DNA of 64,000 nucleotides from Proteromonas lacertae (taxonomy: Eukaryota): assembly GCA_002245135.1 (NCBI GenBank), contig NGBS01000002.1, positions 62,001 to 126,000 on the forward strand, written 5' to 3'. Of this stretch, positions 1-15,000 are shown in pieces. The notes under the pieces are model-generated. The model had not been told where the DNA came from, ran no database searches, and saw nothing but the letters and a program-made list of their open reading frames with translations. Each line of letters opens with the position of its first letter. Position 1 is the first letter of the stretch. A program made the translations under genes and the position numbers.

Positions 1-3000
1 AAATCTACAAGTGGTGATATTACTATTGGTAGTGATGATAAAACTTTAATTAGTTCAAATACAATTATAATAATGACAGGAAGTGGTTCAACAGTGGGAA
101 GTATATTATTAAAAGGTGGAAGTGGAACAATTACAGGAGGTTCAATTGTATTAGAAAGTGAAAAAAATGGAAGTATTTCATTATTAAGTTCCTTAATAAA
201 CTTGAAAACATCCGATTCAAGTAGTACTGTTGGTTCAATCAATATATCTGGTAAAAATGTGAAACTGGAAAGTGGTGAAAGTAAAACCATTGATATAATA
301 AGTGGAAATGGTGTTAACGAAGGTGGTTCAATTTTGATAGGTAAAGATAGTTCAAGTGGTTCAATCGATATAATAAGTGGAAATGGATTAACGAATGGTG
401 GTTTAATAAAAATGTCCAGTGGAAATGGTTCAACGAGTGGAATGATCGAATTAAAATCTTCAAAATATCTTGAGATATCTAGTGATGAAAATATTGCAAC
501 AAATGGAAATAATATAAAAATGTCGAGTGGAAGTGGTTCAACAAGTGGTTTGATCGAAATATCTGGAAATGAAAATGGAATATTTATAAAAAGTGGATCT
601 GGAAGTTCAAAGAGTGGATCAATCGAACTATCTAGTAGTACAATAAATATCTCAGTAGGTGATAGTTCCAAAACAAGTGGTTCAATATTAATAGAAAGTG
701 GAAGTGGATTAAATAAAAGTAAAATCGAATTAAATAGTGGAACAATAAATATAGAAAGTAATGGAAATAAAGATAATAAAAATACAAGTGGATCAATAAT
801 GATAAAAAGTGGAAATGGAAGTTCAACAGGTGGTTCAATATTTTTAAATGGTGGAAAATTAATGGAAATGTCAAGTGGTTCAAGTAGTGGCAATAGTGGA
901 AGTATTGTAATATCAACCGAATCAAGTGGTAAAATCGACTTATTGAGTAAAAATTTAATCGAATTAAAAAGTGGTGAAATGATAAAGATTGAAAATGGAA
1001 GTGAAGATGAAAATGGTTCAATAAGTTTAAATAGTTCGAATGAGATAAAATTATCAAGTGGAAATGGTAGTTCAACAGGTGGTTCAATCAAATTATCTGT
1101 GAGTAAAAGTGGTTCAATAATGTTATTAGGAAAAGATATACTAATAAAGAATGACGAAAATAGTACAAATGGATCAGGAATTGAAATTTTATCTAAAAGA
1201 TTGAATGTAGAAAGTGGAAATGGAAAAAGTGGAAGTAATATTGAAATGAAATCTGTATCTGGAACTATCTTAATGGAAAGTAGTAATGGTATAATAAGTA
1301 TAAAAGGTGGAAGTAGTGAAAATACTGGTGGAAAAATAATAATCGAAACAGGAAATTCTTCTGAATCTGGTTCAATATTTGTTGAAGTTGTCAATGATAT
1401 AAACATTGAACAAGGTAGTTCTACAAATGCTGGTAATATTATATTTAACAGCGAAACTACTGATGGAGGAAGTATTGAAATAATTGGTGGAGTAAAAGGC
1501 GTTTCTATTGCTACTAATGTTGGAAGTAGTAAATCTGGCTCTATTTTATTATCTGGTGGAAGCAATATTAATATCAAAACTGGAGACTCTACTACTGCTG
1601 GTAGTGTCTCATTTAGTAATAGTAATGGTAATATACTACTAAATTCTAAGAAAATAGAAGTTATAACAAAATCAGGATCGGACAGTTCTGGAAGTATTTT
1701 ATTAAATAGTAATTCAATTAATATTGACAGTAATACATTAACTTTAGCTACAGGAAATAGTGAAACTAGCAGTGGATCAATATATATAAAAACTGAAGAT
1801 ACCAATACTGTTGGTAGTATATTACTACAAGGACATTCCACTTCTATTCAAGTTTCTGATACAGGAAGTATTTCATTATTAAGTTCCTTAATAAACTTGA
1901 AAACATCCGATTCGAGTAGTACTGTTGGTTCAATCAATATATCTGGTAAAAATGTGAAACTGGAAAGTGGTGAAAGTAAAACCATTGATATAATAAGTGG
2001 AAGTAGTAATAAAGAAGGTGGTTCAATTTTGATAGGTAAAGATAGTTCAAGTGGTTCAATCGATATAATAAGTGGAAATGGATTAACGAATGGAGGTTCA
2101 ATAAAAATGTCCAGTGGAAGTGGTTCAACGAGTGGAATGATCGAATTAAAATCTTCAAAATATCTTGAGATATCGAGTGATGAAAATATTGCAACAAATG
2201 GAAATAATATAAAAATGTCGAGTGGAAGTGGTTCAACAAGTGGTTTGATCGAAATATCTGGAAATGAAAATGGAATATTTATAAAAAGTGGATCTGGAAG
2301 TTCAAAGAGTGGATCAATCGAACTATCTAGTAGTACAATAAATATCTCAGTAGGTGATAGTTCCAAAACAAGTGGTTCAATATTAATAGAAAGTGGAAGT
2401 GGATTAAATAAAAGTAAAATCGAATTAAATAGTGGAACAATAAATATAGAAAGTAATGGAAGTGATAGTGGTATAAATACAAGTGGATCAATAATGATAA
2501 AAAGTGGAAATGGAAGTTCAACAGGTGGTTCAATATTTTTAAATGGTGAAAAATTAATGGAAATGTCAAGTGGTTCAAGTAGTGGCAATAGTGGAAGTAT
2601 TGTAATATCAACCGAATCAAGTGGTAAAATCGACTTATTGAGTAAAAATTTAATCGAATTAAAAAGTGGTGAAATGATAAAGATTGAAAATGGAAGTGAA
2701 GATGAAAATGGTTCAATAAGTTTAAATAGTTCGAATGAGATAAAATTATCAAGTGGAAATGGTAGTTCAACAGGTGGTTCAATCAAATTATCTGTGAGTG
2801 AAAGTGGTTCAATAATGTTATTAGGAAAAGATATACTAATAAAGAATGACGAAAATAGTACAAATGGATCAGGAATTGAAATTTTATCTAAAAGATTGAA
2901 TGTAGAAAGTGGAAATGGAAAAAGTGGAAGTAATATTGAAATGAAATCTGTATCTGGAACTATCTTAATGGAAAGTAGTAATGGTATAATAAGTATAAAA

Positions 3001-6000
3001 GGTGGAAGTAGTGAAAATACTGGTGGTTTAATAAAAATTGATAGTGAAAACAGATTAAAAATATCCAGTGGTTCAAGTGTTTCTACAAGTGGATCAGTTG
3101 AGATAAAAAGTGGAGATGGAAATACTGTAGGTTCAATCTCTATATCTGGAAGTACAATATTATTGAATAGTGGAAATGGTGTAATAACAGGTGGAAGTAT
3201 AGAAATCAATAGTGGATCTGGAAGTTCAGAAGGTGGTTCAATAGAATTATCAAGTGGTTCAATAACAATATCAATAGATGGTAAAGCGGGAAGTACAAGT
3301 GGTTTTATAAAGATATCTAGTGGAAGTTCCTTAAATGGTGGATCGATAGTATTAAATGGAAATACGTTGAATATATTTAGTGTAAGTGGTGAAACAGAAA
3401 GTGGTTCAATCTCGATAATGAGTGGAAATGGAGATAGTGAAAGTGGTTCAATAAGATTAAGTAGTGGTTCAATCAATATAAAAAGTGAAAAAGATGTAAA
3501 AATGAAAAGTGGAGATGGTTCAAAATCTATAGGTTCATTTTATGTAAGTGGAAATACAATAAATCTAAAAGGAAGTAGAATCGAAATGCGTAGTAATGAT
3601 GGTTCATCTTCAAGTGGCTTAATAAAGTTATTAAGTGAAACCGAAATGAATATTGAAATGGATGGAAAAATCGAAATGACAGGAGGAAGTGGTACAAGTA
3701 CAGGTGGTTCAATAAACATAGAAAGTGGATCAATTTCTATAATAAGTGGAAGTGGTTCAACAGTGGGAAGTATATTATTAAAAGGTGGAAGTGGAACAAT
3801 TACAGGAGGTTCAATTGTATTAGAAAGTGAAAAAAATGGAAGTATTTCATTATTAAGTTCCTTAATAAACTTGAAAACATCCGATTCAAGTAGTACTGTT
3901 GGTTCAATCAATATATCTGGTAAAAATGTGAAACTGGAAAGTGGTGAAAGTAAAACCATTGATATAATAAGTGGAAGTAGTAATAAAGAAGGTGGTTCAA
4001 TTTTGATAGGTAAAGATAGTTCAAGTGGTTCAATCGATATAATAAGTGGAAATGGATTAACGAATGGTGGTTTAATAAAAATGTCCAGTGGAAGTGGTTC
4101 AACGAGTGGAATGATCGAATTAAAATCTTCAAAATATCTTGAGATATCGAGTGATGAAAATATTGCAACAAATGGAAATACAATATTATTAAAATCCACA
4201 AAATCTACAACTTTAGAAAGTAAAGATAATGAAATTTCAATAAGAAGTGGAGATGGAAATAATGAAAGTGGTTCAATAAGTTTAGAAACTAAAAATAAAA
4301 TCGAATTAAGTGGAAGTGGATCAATAAGTATAAGTAGTGGATCTGCAAGTACATCTGGTTCAATAATAATAAAAGGAGGTGATAGTATAAGCTTAGATTC
4401 TATTGTTGGTAATGGTGCATCAAGTGGTTCAATAATCTTAAGTAGTGGTACAATCGAAATAACATCTTCAACAATAAATATAAAGAGTGGAAGTGGTACA
4501 TCGAGTGGATCGATATCTTTTACTGGTGATATGAAAATATCATCTGGAATTGTAAATTTCTTAAGTGGAAATAGTAATAGTGAGTCAGGATCAATAAATA
4601 TAAATAGTTCTACAATATTAATAAGTAGTACAAAAGGTACAATAAAAATAGTGAATGAGAATTTAAAAGGGGAGATAGAAATATCTGGTTCAACATACTC
4701 TTTAGTTGGAGAAACATTAAATATGAAAGGATCTTCAATATCTTTAAGTGGTGGTTCAATAACAATAAATGGAAATACAACCAGTGGAACAATAACCTTA
4801 AATGGATCTTCTTATATATCCTTAGAAAATAATGCTAATGAATTATTAATGAGTGGTGGTACAATCTCATTATCAAGCACAAAAGAATTAAAAATCAACA
4901 GTGGATCTTCATTAACATTAGGTAAAGATAGTTCAAGTGGTTCAATCGATATAATAAGTGGAAATGGATTAACGAATGGTGGTTTAATAAAAATGTCCAG
5001 TGGAAGTGGTTCAACGAGTGGAATGATCGAATTAAAATCTTCAAAATATCTTGAGATATCGAGTGATGAAAATAGTGCAACAAATGGAAATACAATATTA
5101 TTAAAATCCACAAAATCTACAACTTTAGAAAGTAAAGATAATGAAATTTCAATAAGAAGTGGAGATGGAAATAATGAAAGTGGTTCAATAAGTTTAGAAA
5201 CTAAAAATAAAATCGAATTAAGTGGAAGTGGATCAATAAGTATAAGTAGTGGATCTGCAAGTACATCTGGTTCAATAATAATAAAAGGAGGTGATAGTAT
5301 AAGCTTAGATTCTATTGTTGGTAATGGTGCATCAAGTGGTTCAATAATCTTAAGTAGTGGTACAATCGAAATAACATCTTCAACAATAAATATAAAGAGT
5401 GGAAGTGGTACATCGAGTGGATCAATTCTGTTTATGTCATCTTCAATATCTTTAAGTGGTGGTTCAATAACAATAAATGGAAATACAACCAGTGGAACAG
5501 TATATTTGAGTGGAGGTACAATAACACTGAGTGGATCTTCAATATCTTTAAGTGGTGGTTCAATAACAATAAATGGAAATACAACCAGTGGAACAATAAC
5601 CTTAAATGGATCTTCTTATATATCCTTAGAAAATAATGCTAATGAATTATTAATGAGTGGTGGTACAATCTCATTATCAAGCACAAAAGAATTAAAAATC
5701 AACAGTGGATCTTCATTAACATTAGGTAAAGATAGTTCAAGTGGTTCAATCGATATAATAAGTGGAAATGGATTAACGAATGGTGGTTTAATAAAAATGT
5801 CCAGTGGAAGTGGTTCAACGAGTGGAATGATCGAATTAAAATCTTCAAAATATCTTGAGATATCGAGTGATGAAAATAGTGCAACAAATGGAAATACAAT
5901 ATTATTAAAATCCACAAAATCTACAACTTTAGAAAGTAAAGATAATGAAATTTCAATAAGAAGTGGAGATGGAAATAATGAAAGTGGTTCAATAAGTTTA

Positions 6001-9000
6001 GAAACTAAAAATAAAATCGAATTAAGTGGAAGTGGATCAATAAGTATAAGTAGTGGATCTGCAAGTACATCTGGTTCAATAATAATAAAAGGAGGTGATA
6101 GTATAAGCTTAGATTCTATTGTTGGTAATGGTGCATCAAGTGGTTCAATAATCTTAAGTAGTGGTACAATCGAAATAACATCTTCAACAATAAATATAAA
6201 GAGTGGAAGTGGTACATCGAGTGGATCAATTCTGTTTATGTCATCTTCAATATCTTTAAGTGGTGGTTCAATAACAATAAATGGAAATACAACCAGTGGA
6301 ACAATAACCTTAAATGGATCTTCTTATATATCCTTAGAAAATAATGCTAATGAATTATTAATGAGTGGTGGTACAATCTCATTATCAAGCACAAAAGAAT
6401 TAAAAATCAACAGTGGATCTTCATTAACATTAGGTAAAGATAGTTCAAGTGGTTCAATCGATATAATAAGTGGAAATGGATTAACGAATGGTGGTTTAAT
6501 AAAAATGTCCAGTGGAAGTGGTTCAACGAGTGGAATGATCGAATTAAAATCTTCAAAATATCTTGAGATATCGAGTGATGAAAATATTGCAACAAATGGA
6601 AATACAATATTATTAAAATCCACAAAATCTACAACTTTAGAAAGTAAAGATAATGAAATTTCAATAAGAAGTGGAGATGGAAATAATGAAAGTGGTTCAA
6701 TAAGTTTAGAAACTAAAAATAAAATCGAATTAAGTGGAAGTGGATCAATAAGTATAAGTAGTGGATCTGCAAGTACATCTGGTTCAATAATAATAAAAGG
6801 AGGTGATAGTATAAGCTTAGATTCTATTGTTGGTAATGGTGCATCAAGTGGTTCAATAATCTTAAGTAGTGGTACAATCGAAATAACATCTTCAACAATA
6901 AATATAAAGAGTGGAAGTGGTACATCGAGTGGATCGATATCTTTTACTGGTGATATGAAAATATCATCTGGAATTGTAAATTTCTTAAGTGGAAATAGTA
7001 ATAGTGAGTCAGGATCAATAAATATAAATAGTTCTACAATATTAATAAGTAGTACAAAAGGTACAATAAAAATAGTGAATGAGAATTTAAAAGGGGAGAT
7101 AGAAATATCTGGTTCAACATACTCTTTAGTTGGAGAAACATTAAATATGAAAGGATCTTCAATATCTTTAAGTGGTGGTTCAATAACAATAAATGGAAAT
7201 ACAACCAGTGGAACAATAACCTTAAATGGATCTTCTTATATATCCTTAGAAAATAATGCTAATGAATTATTAATGAGTGGTGGTACAATCTCATTATCAA
7301 GCACAAAAGAATTAAAAATCAACAGTGGATCTTCATTAACATTAGGTAAAGATAGTTCAAGTGGTTCAATCGATATAATAAGTGGAAATGGATTAACGAA
7401 TGGTGGTTTAATAAAAATGTCCAGTGGAAGTGGTTCAACGAGTGGAATGATCGAATTAAAATCTTCAAAATATCTTGAGATATCGAGTGATGAAAATATT
7501 GCAACAAATGGAAATACAATATTATTAAAATCCACAAAATCTACAACTTTAGAAAGTAAAGATAATGAAATTTCAATAAGAAGTGGAGATGGAAATAATG
7601 AAAGTGGTTCAATAAGTTTAGAAACTAAAAATAAAATCGAATTAAGTGGAAGTGGATCAATAAGTATAAGTAGTGGATCTGCAAGTACATCTGGTTCAAT
7701 AATAATAAAAGGAGGTGATAGTATAAGCTTAGATTCTATTGTTGGTAATGGTGCATCAAGTGGTTCAATAATCTTAAGTAGTGGTACAATCGAAATAACA
7801 TCTTCAACAATAAATATAAAGAGTGGAAGTGGTACATCGAGTGGATCAATTCTGTTTATGTCATCTTCAATATCTTTAAGTGGTGGTTCAATAACAATAA
7901 ATGGAAATACAACCAGTGGAACAGTATATTTGAGTGGAGGTACAATAACACTGAGTGGATCTTCAATATCTTTAAGTGGTGGTTCAATAACAATAAATGG
8001 AAATACAACCAGTGGAACAATAACCTTAAATGGATCTTCTTATATATCCTTAGAAAATAATGCTAATGAATTATTAATGAGTGGTGGTACAATCTCATTA
8101 TCAAGCACAAAAGAATTAAAAATCAACAGTGGATCTTCATTAACATTAGGTAAAGATAGTTCAAGTGGTTCAATCGATATAATAAGTGGAAATGGATTAA
8201 CGAATGGTGGTTTAATAAAAATGTCCAGTGGAAGTGGTTCAACGAGTGGAATGATCGAATTAAAATCTTCAAAATATCTTGAGATATCTAGTGATGAAAA
8301 TATTGCAACAAATGGAAATACAATATTATTAAAATCCACAAAATCTACAACTTTAGAAAGTAAAGATAATGAAATTTCAATAAGAAGTGGAGATGGAAAT
8401 AATGAAAGTGGTTCAATAAGTTTAGAAACTAAAAATAAAATCGAATTAAGTGGAAGTGGATCAATAAGTATAAGTAGTGGATCTGCAAGTACATCTGGTT
8501 CAATAATAATAAAAGGAGGTGATAGTATAAGCTTAGATTCTATTGTTGGTAATGGTGCATCAAGTGGTTCAATAATCTTAAGTAGTGGTACAATCGAAAT
8601 AACATCTTCAACAATAAATATAAAGAGTGGAAGTGGTACATCGAGTGGATCAATTCTGTTTATGTCATCTTCAATATCTTTAAGTGGTGGTTCAATAACA
8701 ATAAATGGAAATACAACCAGTGGAACAATAACCTTAAATGGATCTTCTTATATATCCTTAGAAAATAATGCTAATGAATTATTAATGAGTGGTGGTACAA
8801 TCTCATTATCAAGCACAAAAGAATTAAAAATCAACAGTGGATCTTCATTAACATTAGGTAAAGATAGTTCAAGTGGTTCAATCGATATAATAAGTGGAAA
8901 TGGATTAACGAATGGTGGTTTAATAAAAATGTCCAGTGGAAGTGGTTCAACGAGTGGAATGATCGAATTAAAATCTTCAAAATATCTTGAGATATCGAGT

Positions 9001-12000
9001 GATGAAAATAGTGCAACAAATGGAAATACAATATTATTAAAATCCACAAAATCTACAACTTTAGAAAGTAAAGATAATGAAATTTCAATAAGAAGTGGAG
9101 ATGGAAATAATGAAAGTGGTTCAATAAGTTTAGAAACTAAAAATAAAATCGAATTAAGTGGAAGTGGATCAATAAGTATAAGTAGTGGATCTGCAAGTAC
9201 ATCTGGTTCAATTGTTTTGCAAACAGGTAGTATATCATTTGCTAATGGAAGTATTATTACAGCTTCAGGTGTTTCTACATCTGGATCTATAAGTATTGGA
9301 AGTGTTACATTTAATGATAAAGGAATGAAATTGGAGACCGGAAGTAGTACAAATACTTCAGGTAATATTATTTTGAATGGAGGTACATTATCATTAAACT
9401 CATTTACATCTACTCTTGGAACTAATCTAATTGAAGTGGAAAAAACAATTTCTGCTGGAACGATTATTTTAAATAGTGGAACATTAAATGTTAATGATTT
9501 TACAATATCAACTGGTACAATTGATATTACTTCATCATCATTTACTGCTAATGGTTCTATAAGTATGCCAAAAGTAAAATCAACAGTTATTAAATCAGGA
9601 ACATTATCAATATCTTCAGGTAGTATTATGTTACAATCAACAGTTGAAATAGAAGGAAAAGGTGATATTTTAGATTTGAAAGGAAACTACGTATCTGTAA
9701 CTGGTACAACAACGATTAATGGAAGTAATGATATGATTTTAAACAGTGGATCTATTAGTTTGAATAGTATGAAATTAGATGTTGGTACATTGAGTTTGAG
9801 TGGTGGTAGTATTGATATTACTGAAATGGCATTAGATTCTGGAACAATAGAAATAAGAGGTAAAGAAAATAAAGTAATTATTAGTAATACAAATGGAAGT
9901 TTACAATTAGATTCAACATCATCAGTATTATTAACATCAGGATCAGAAGGTATTATTTTTAGTGGAACAATGGATATATCAGGTAATACAGACACTGTCA
10001 CTTTTAAGACAGGAAGTGGAGAAAAAAGTGGTGATATTAAACTTGATTCAAATACATTGACTATTGACAATGAAAAATTAAACATAAATGATGGTACAAT
10101 GTCAATATCATTTGAGACTATTTCAATGACTGGCTCATCATTATCCTTAGGTTCATCATCATCAAATAGTGTAATTAAATTAACAGGAAATAGTGTAACT
10201 GTTCATGGAGATGTATCATCATTTACTGGATCTAGTGCAACATTTGCTACAACATCAATTAGTAGTAGTACAATTTCCATATCTTCACCTTTTATTAGTA
10301 TTAATACAACAGGTAGTATTAGTTTAGGAAGTACAATGACTGGAACTGAATTAGTAATTAATTCATCAACAATATCATTAGATACTACAGGAAGTATATC
10401 TATTTCAAGTTCAACAATGCAATTATTGGGTGGAAGTATTAGCATGTCTGGAAAGAATGTGAATTTAGATGCTTCAACTATCACTCTAGGAACTGCAGAT
10501 ATTGTAACTACATTTAAAGCAGGTGATGGTAGTGAAACTGGAGGATCGATATATATAACAAAATCTTCTTCAAAATCTGTATTAAATTTTTCATCTTCTC
10601 GAATGAGTCTATCAACAGGATATGGAGCAGTGAAGAGTGGTGATATTAACTTAGAAAGTGAAGAAATATTAATACAATCAAGTAATGGAACAACAAATAG
10701 TAGTGCTATTAGTTTACAAGGTGGATCAGGCTCAAAAGTAGAACCAGTATTAATGAAAGGAGATGTATTATTAGAAGGAGGAAAAGGAAAAGTAGGTGGA
10801 GATGTTTTATTAAAAGCAGGAAATGGTACAGAAACAAGTGGTTCTATAATATTCAATACAACCAATAGTACACATATAGAAGGTAATAATGTTAATTTCA
10901 AATCAGTAGATGGTGAAATATCAATTAATAATAAAGCTAATAATGAAGATATTAGAATAAGTAGTAACAATTTGAGAATGAATAGTAACTCCATATTATT
11001 AGAAAGTAAAAAATTATTAATGGAAAATGAAAAAATGAGAATGAGTGGTGAAGAATTAAAGATATTAAGTGGAGAAAGTGAAAAATCTAGTGGTTCAATA
11101 ATAATGAAAGGAAGTTCAATACTATTAAATAGTTCGTCCATAATAATAAACAGTTTGAATGAAACAACAATTCGAGGTGGTTCAAGTATGAATGGTGGTT
11201 CAATAAAATTGGGAAATGTGGAAAGTGAAATAAAGATAAATGGTTCATTAAAATTGAGTAAATCAAAAGAATTAAGAATAAAGAGTGATGAAATGAAAAT
11301 GGAAAGTATTGACTCAATTGAGATGAAATTGAATAAGATATCAATGATGAGTGACGAAATGAATGTAAAAGAAAACAAAAAGCTATCAATGTTAAGTAAA
11401 TCTATGAATATAAGTAATAATAAAGGTGAAATCTCAATGAATAGTAAAAGTTTAGAAATATGCAATTCTGATTTATCAATGAAGAGTGAAAATCTAATAA
11501 TAAAGTCTAGATCTGTGAATGGTACAATGATATTGAAAAGTGATAAAAAGATAATAAATGGTAAAGTGAATATGAAAGGAAAAGAAATCGAATTAATAGG
11601 AAATGAAATCTTACTAAATAATAAGAATGGAATCGAAATGGAAAGTGAAGTGAGTGAGATCCGAAGTGGATCTAATACAAATAATAATGGAGGTTCAATA
11701 ATGATTGAAAGTATAAATAGTGAATTGAATGGCAACATAAAAATAAAGAGTGGTGAAAGTGAAAAATCCAGTGGTTCGATATTATTTAATGGTGATAATG
11801 TTGAAATGAAATCAAAGAAAATCTTGATAGAATCTAGTAATATATCATTAATAGGAAATTCAATATCAATGGGAAATAATGAATCATCAATAATACTTCA
11901 ATACAGTGATAAATCCAAAGAAGATAAATATATATTAAAAAATGAAAATGAAATTTCAATGAATTCTAAAACATTAATATTAGAAACTGAATTAAGTGGT

Positions 12001-15000
12001 TCAATAAATATAACAAGTGATAAAATGAGTTTAGATTCAACTAAAATGAATGTCGAAAGTAATGAAACCATAATCGATAGTAAATCCTTATTAATATCTT
12101 CATCCGAAAAAATAACAATAAATCCATTGATAAAAAAGAATAGTTCAATCTCAATGAATGGAAATGAAATAAAACTATCAAGTGGTTCAATGGAGATGAG
12201 AAACAATGATTTAACAATGAATGGAAAAGTCTCAATGGATGGTTCATTATTATTGGAAAGTGAAAAATTATTAATGGAAAATGAAAAAATGAGAATGAGT
12301 GGTGAAGAATTAAAGATATTAAGTGGAGAAAGTGAAAAATCTAGTGGTTCAATAATAATGAAAGGAAGTTCAATACTATTAAATAGTTCGTCCATAATAA
12401 TAAACAGTTTGAATGAAACAACAATTCGAGGTGGTTCAAGTATGAATGGTGGTTCAATAAAATTGGGAAATGTGGAAAGTGAAATAAAGATAAATGGTTC
12501 ATTAAAATTGAGTAAATCAAAAGAATTAAGAATAAAGAGTGATGAAATGAAAATGGAAAGTATTGACTCAATTGAGATGAAATTGAATAAGATATCAATG
12601 ATGAGTGACGAAATGAATGTAAAAGAAAACAAAAAGCTATCAATGTTAAGTAAATCTATGAATATAAGTAATAATAAAGGTGAAATCTCAATGAATAGTA
12701 AAAGTTTAGAAATATGCAATTCTGATTTATCAATGAAGAGTGAAAATCTAATAATAAAGTCTAGATCTGTGAATGGTACAATGATATTGAAAAGTGATAA
12801 AAAGATAATAAATGGTAAAGTGAATATGAAAGGAAAAGAAATCGAATTAATAGGAAATGAAATCTTACTAAATAATAAGAATGGAATCGAAATGGAAAGT
12901 GAAGTGAGTGAGATCCGAAGTGGATCTAATACAAATAATAATGGAGGTTCAATAATGATTGAAAGTATAAATAGTGAATTGAATGGCAACATAAAAATAA
13001 AGAGTGGTGAAAGTGAAAAATCCAGTGGTTCTATAAAATTAAAGAGTGATGAAATAAGAATGAATGGAAGAACAATAAATTTATCAACAAATAATGAAAT
13101 GAGACTATCAAACAAATCTAATGAATTCAATGTAAAAGATTCAATAAAAATCTCAAGTAATAAATTAAATTTGGATAATGATGAAATAAAAATTAAATCA
13201 AAAGAAATAGAACTACACTCTAGTTCAATAAAATTACAATCAACTAAGAATATAGAATTGCCTAATATGTCAATCAATAGTAGTTCCACTCGTTTAGAAG
13301 GTGGTTCAGGTAAATATGGAGGTTCTGTTTATATCAATAAGTTAAATATAAATGCCAGTAGATTATTCAGTATAACAAGTGATAATGGTCGATTAGTTGG
13401 TGGTTCATTGCGATTCTCCAATCCAACAAATATGTCAAATATAACAATAAATTCTGTGAATTTCAATTTATCAATTCCTGATTCTGAAAGAGTAGGAAAA
13501 ATAATGATTGATAGTGATAAAAACATAACAATAGGTAGTTCAAAGAATGAAGAAATCTTGTTTGAAAGTAAGAAATCAAATAATAGTGGTTCAATAGAAA
13601 TAAATACTGAAAAGAACATGACAAGTGAAAGTGAGATGTTTACAATAAACAGTGGATCAGGTATTGGAAGTGGTGATATAAGCATAAATGGCAAATCTGT
13701 AGAATTAATAGGAAAGAATAAGATAGAAATAATTGGAAGTAAAAACAAATTGGGAAATATCACATTAGAAAGTGAAAAATTATTAATAGAAAATGAAAAA
13801 ATGAGAATGAGTGGTGAAGAATTAAAGATATTAAGTGGAGAAAGTGAAAAATCTAGTGGTTCAATAATAATGAAAGGAAGTTCAATACTATTAAATAGTT
13901 CGTCCATAATAATAAACAGTTTGAATGAAACAACAATTCGAGGTGGTTCAAGTATGAATGGTGGTTCAATAAAATTGGGAAATGTGGAAAGTGAAATAAA
14001 GATAAATGGTTCATTAAAATTGAGTAAATCAAAAGAATTAAGAATAAAGAGTGATGAAATGAAAATGGAAAGTATTGACTCAATTGAGATGAAATTGAAT
14101 AAGATATCAATGATGAGTGACGAAATGAATGTAAAAGAAAACAAAAAGCTATCAATGTTAAGTAAATCTATGAATATAAGTAATAATAAAGGTGAAATCT
14201 CAATGAATAGTAAAAGTTTAGAAATATGCAATTCTGATTTATCAATGAAGAGTGAAAATCTAATAATAAAGTCTAGATCTGTGAATGGTACAATGATATT
14301 GAAAAGTGATAAAAAGATAATAAATGGTAAAGTGAATATGAAAGGAAAAGAGATTCGATTAGAAAATATAAATAATGAAAGAGTTGGTTCAATATTAATA
14401 GAAAGTTTAAATAAAATCTTATTGAATGAAAAGACAATAAATATCTCAAGTGACAAATTATCTTTCTTAAGTGATAATAAAATGTCAATGAAAAGTAAAG
14501 ATGAAATATCAATGAAAATGAAGGATGGTTTAATGAAATTCGAAAATGATGAGATATTAATAGAAAATGAAAAAATGAGAATGAGTGGTGAAGAATTAAA
14601 GATATTAAGTGGAGAAAGTGAAAAATCTAGTGGTTCAATAATAATGAAAGGAAGTTCAATACTATTAAATAGTTCGTCCATAATAATAAACAGTTTGAAT
14701 GAAACAACAATTCGAGGTGGTTCAAGTATGAATGGTGGTTCAATAAAATTGGGAAATGTGGAAAGTGAAATAAAGATAAATGGTTCATTAAAATTGAGTA
14801 AATCAAAAGAATTAAGAATAAAGAGTGATGAAATGAAAATGGAAAGTATTGACTCAATTGAGATGAAATTGAATAAGATATCAATGATGAGTGACGAAAT
14901 GAATGTAAAAGAAAACAAAAAGCTATCAATGTTAAGTAAATCTATGAATATAAGTAATAATAAAGGTGAAATCTCAATGAATAGTAAAAGTTTAGAAATA

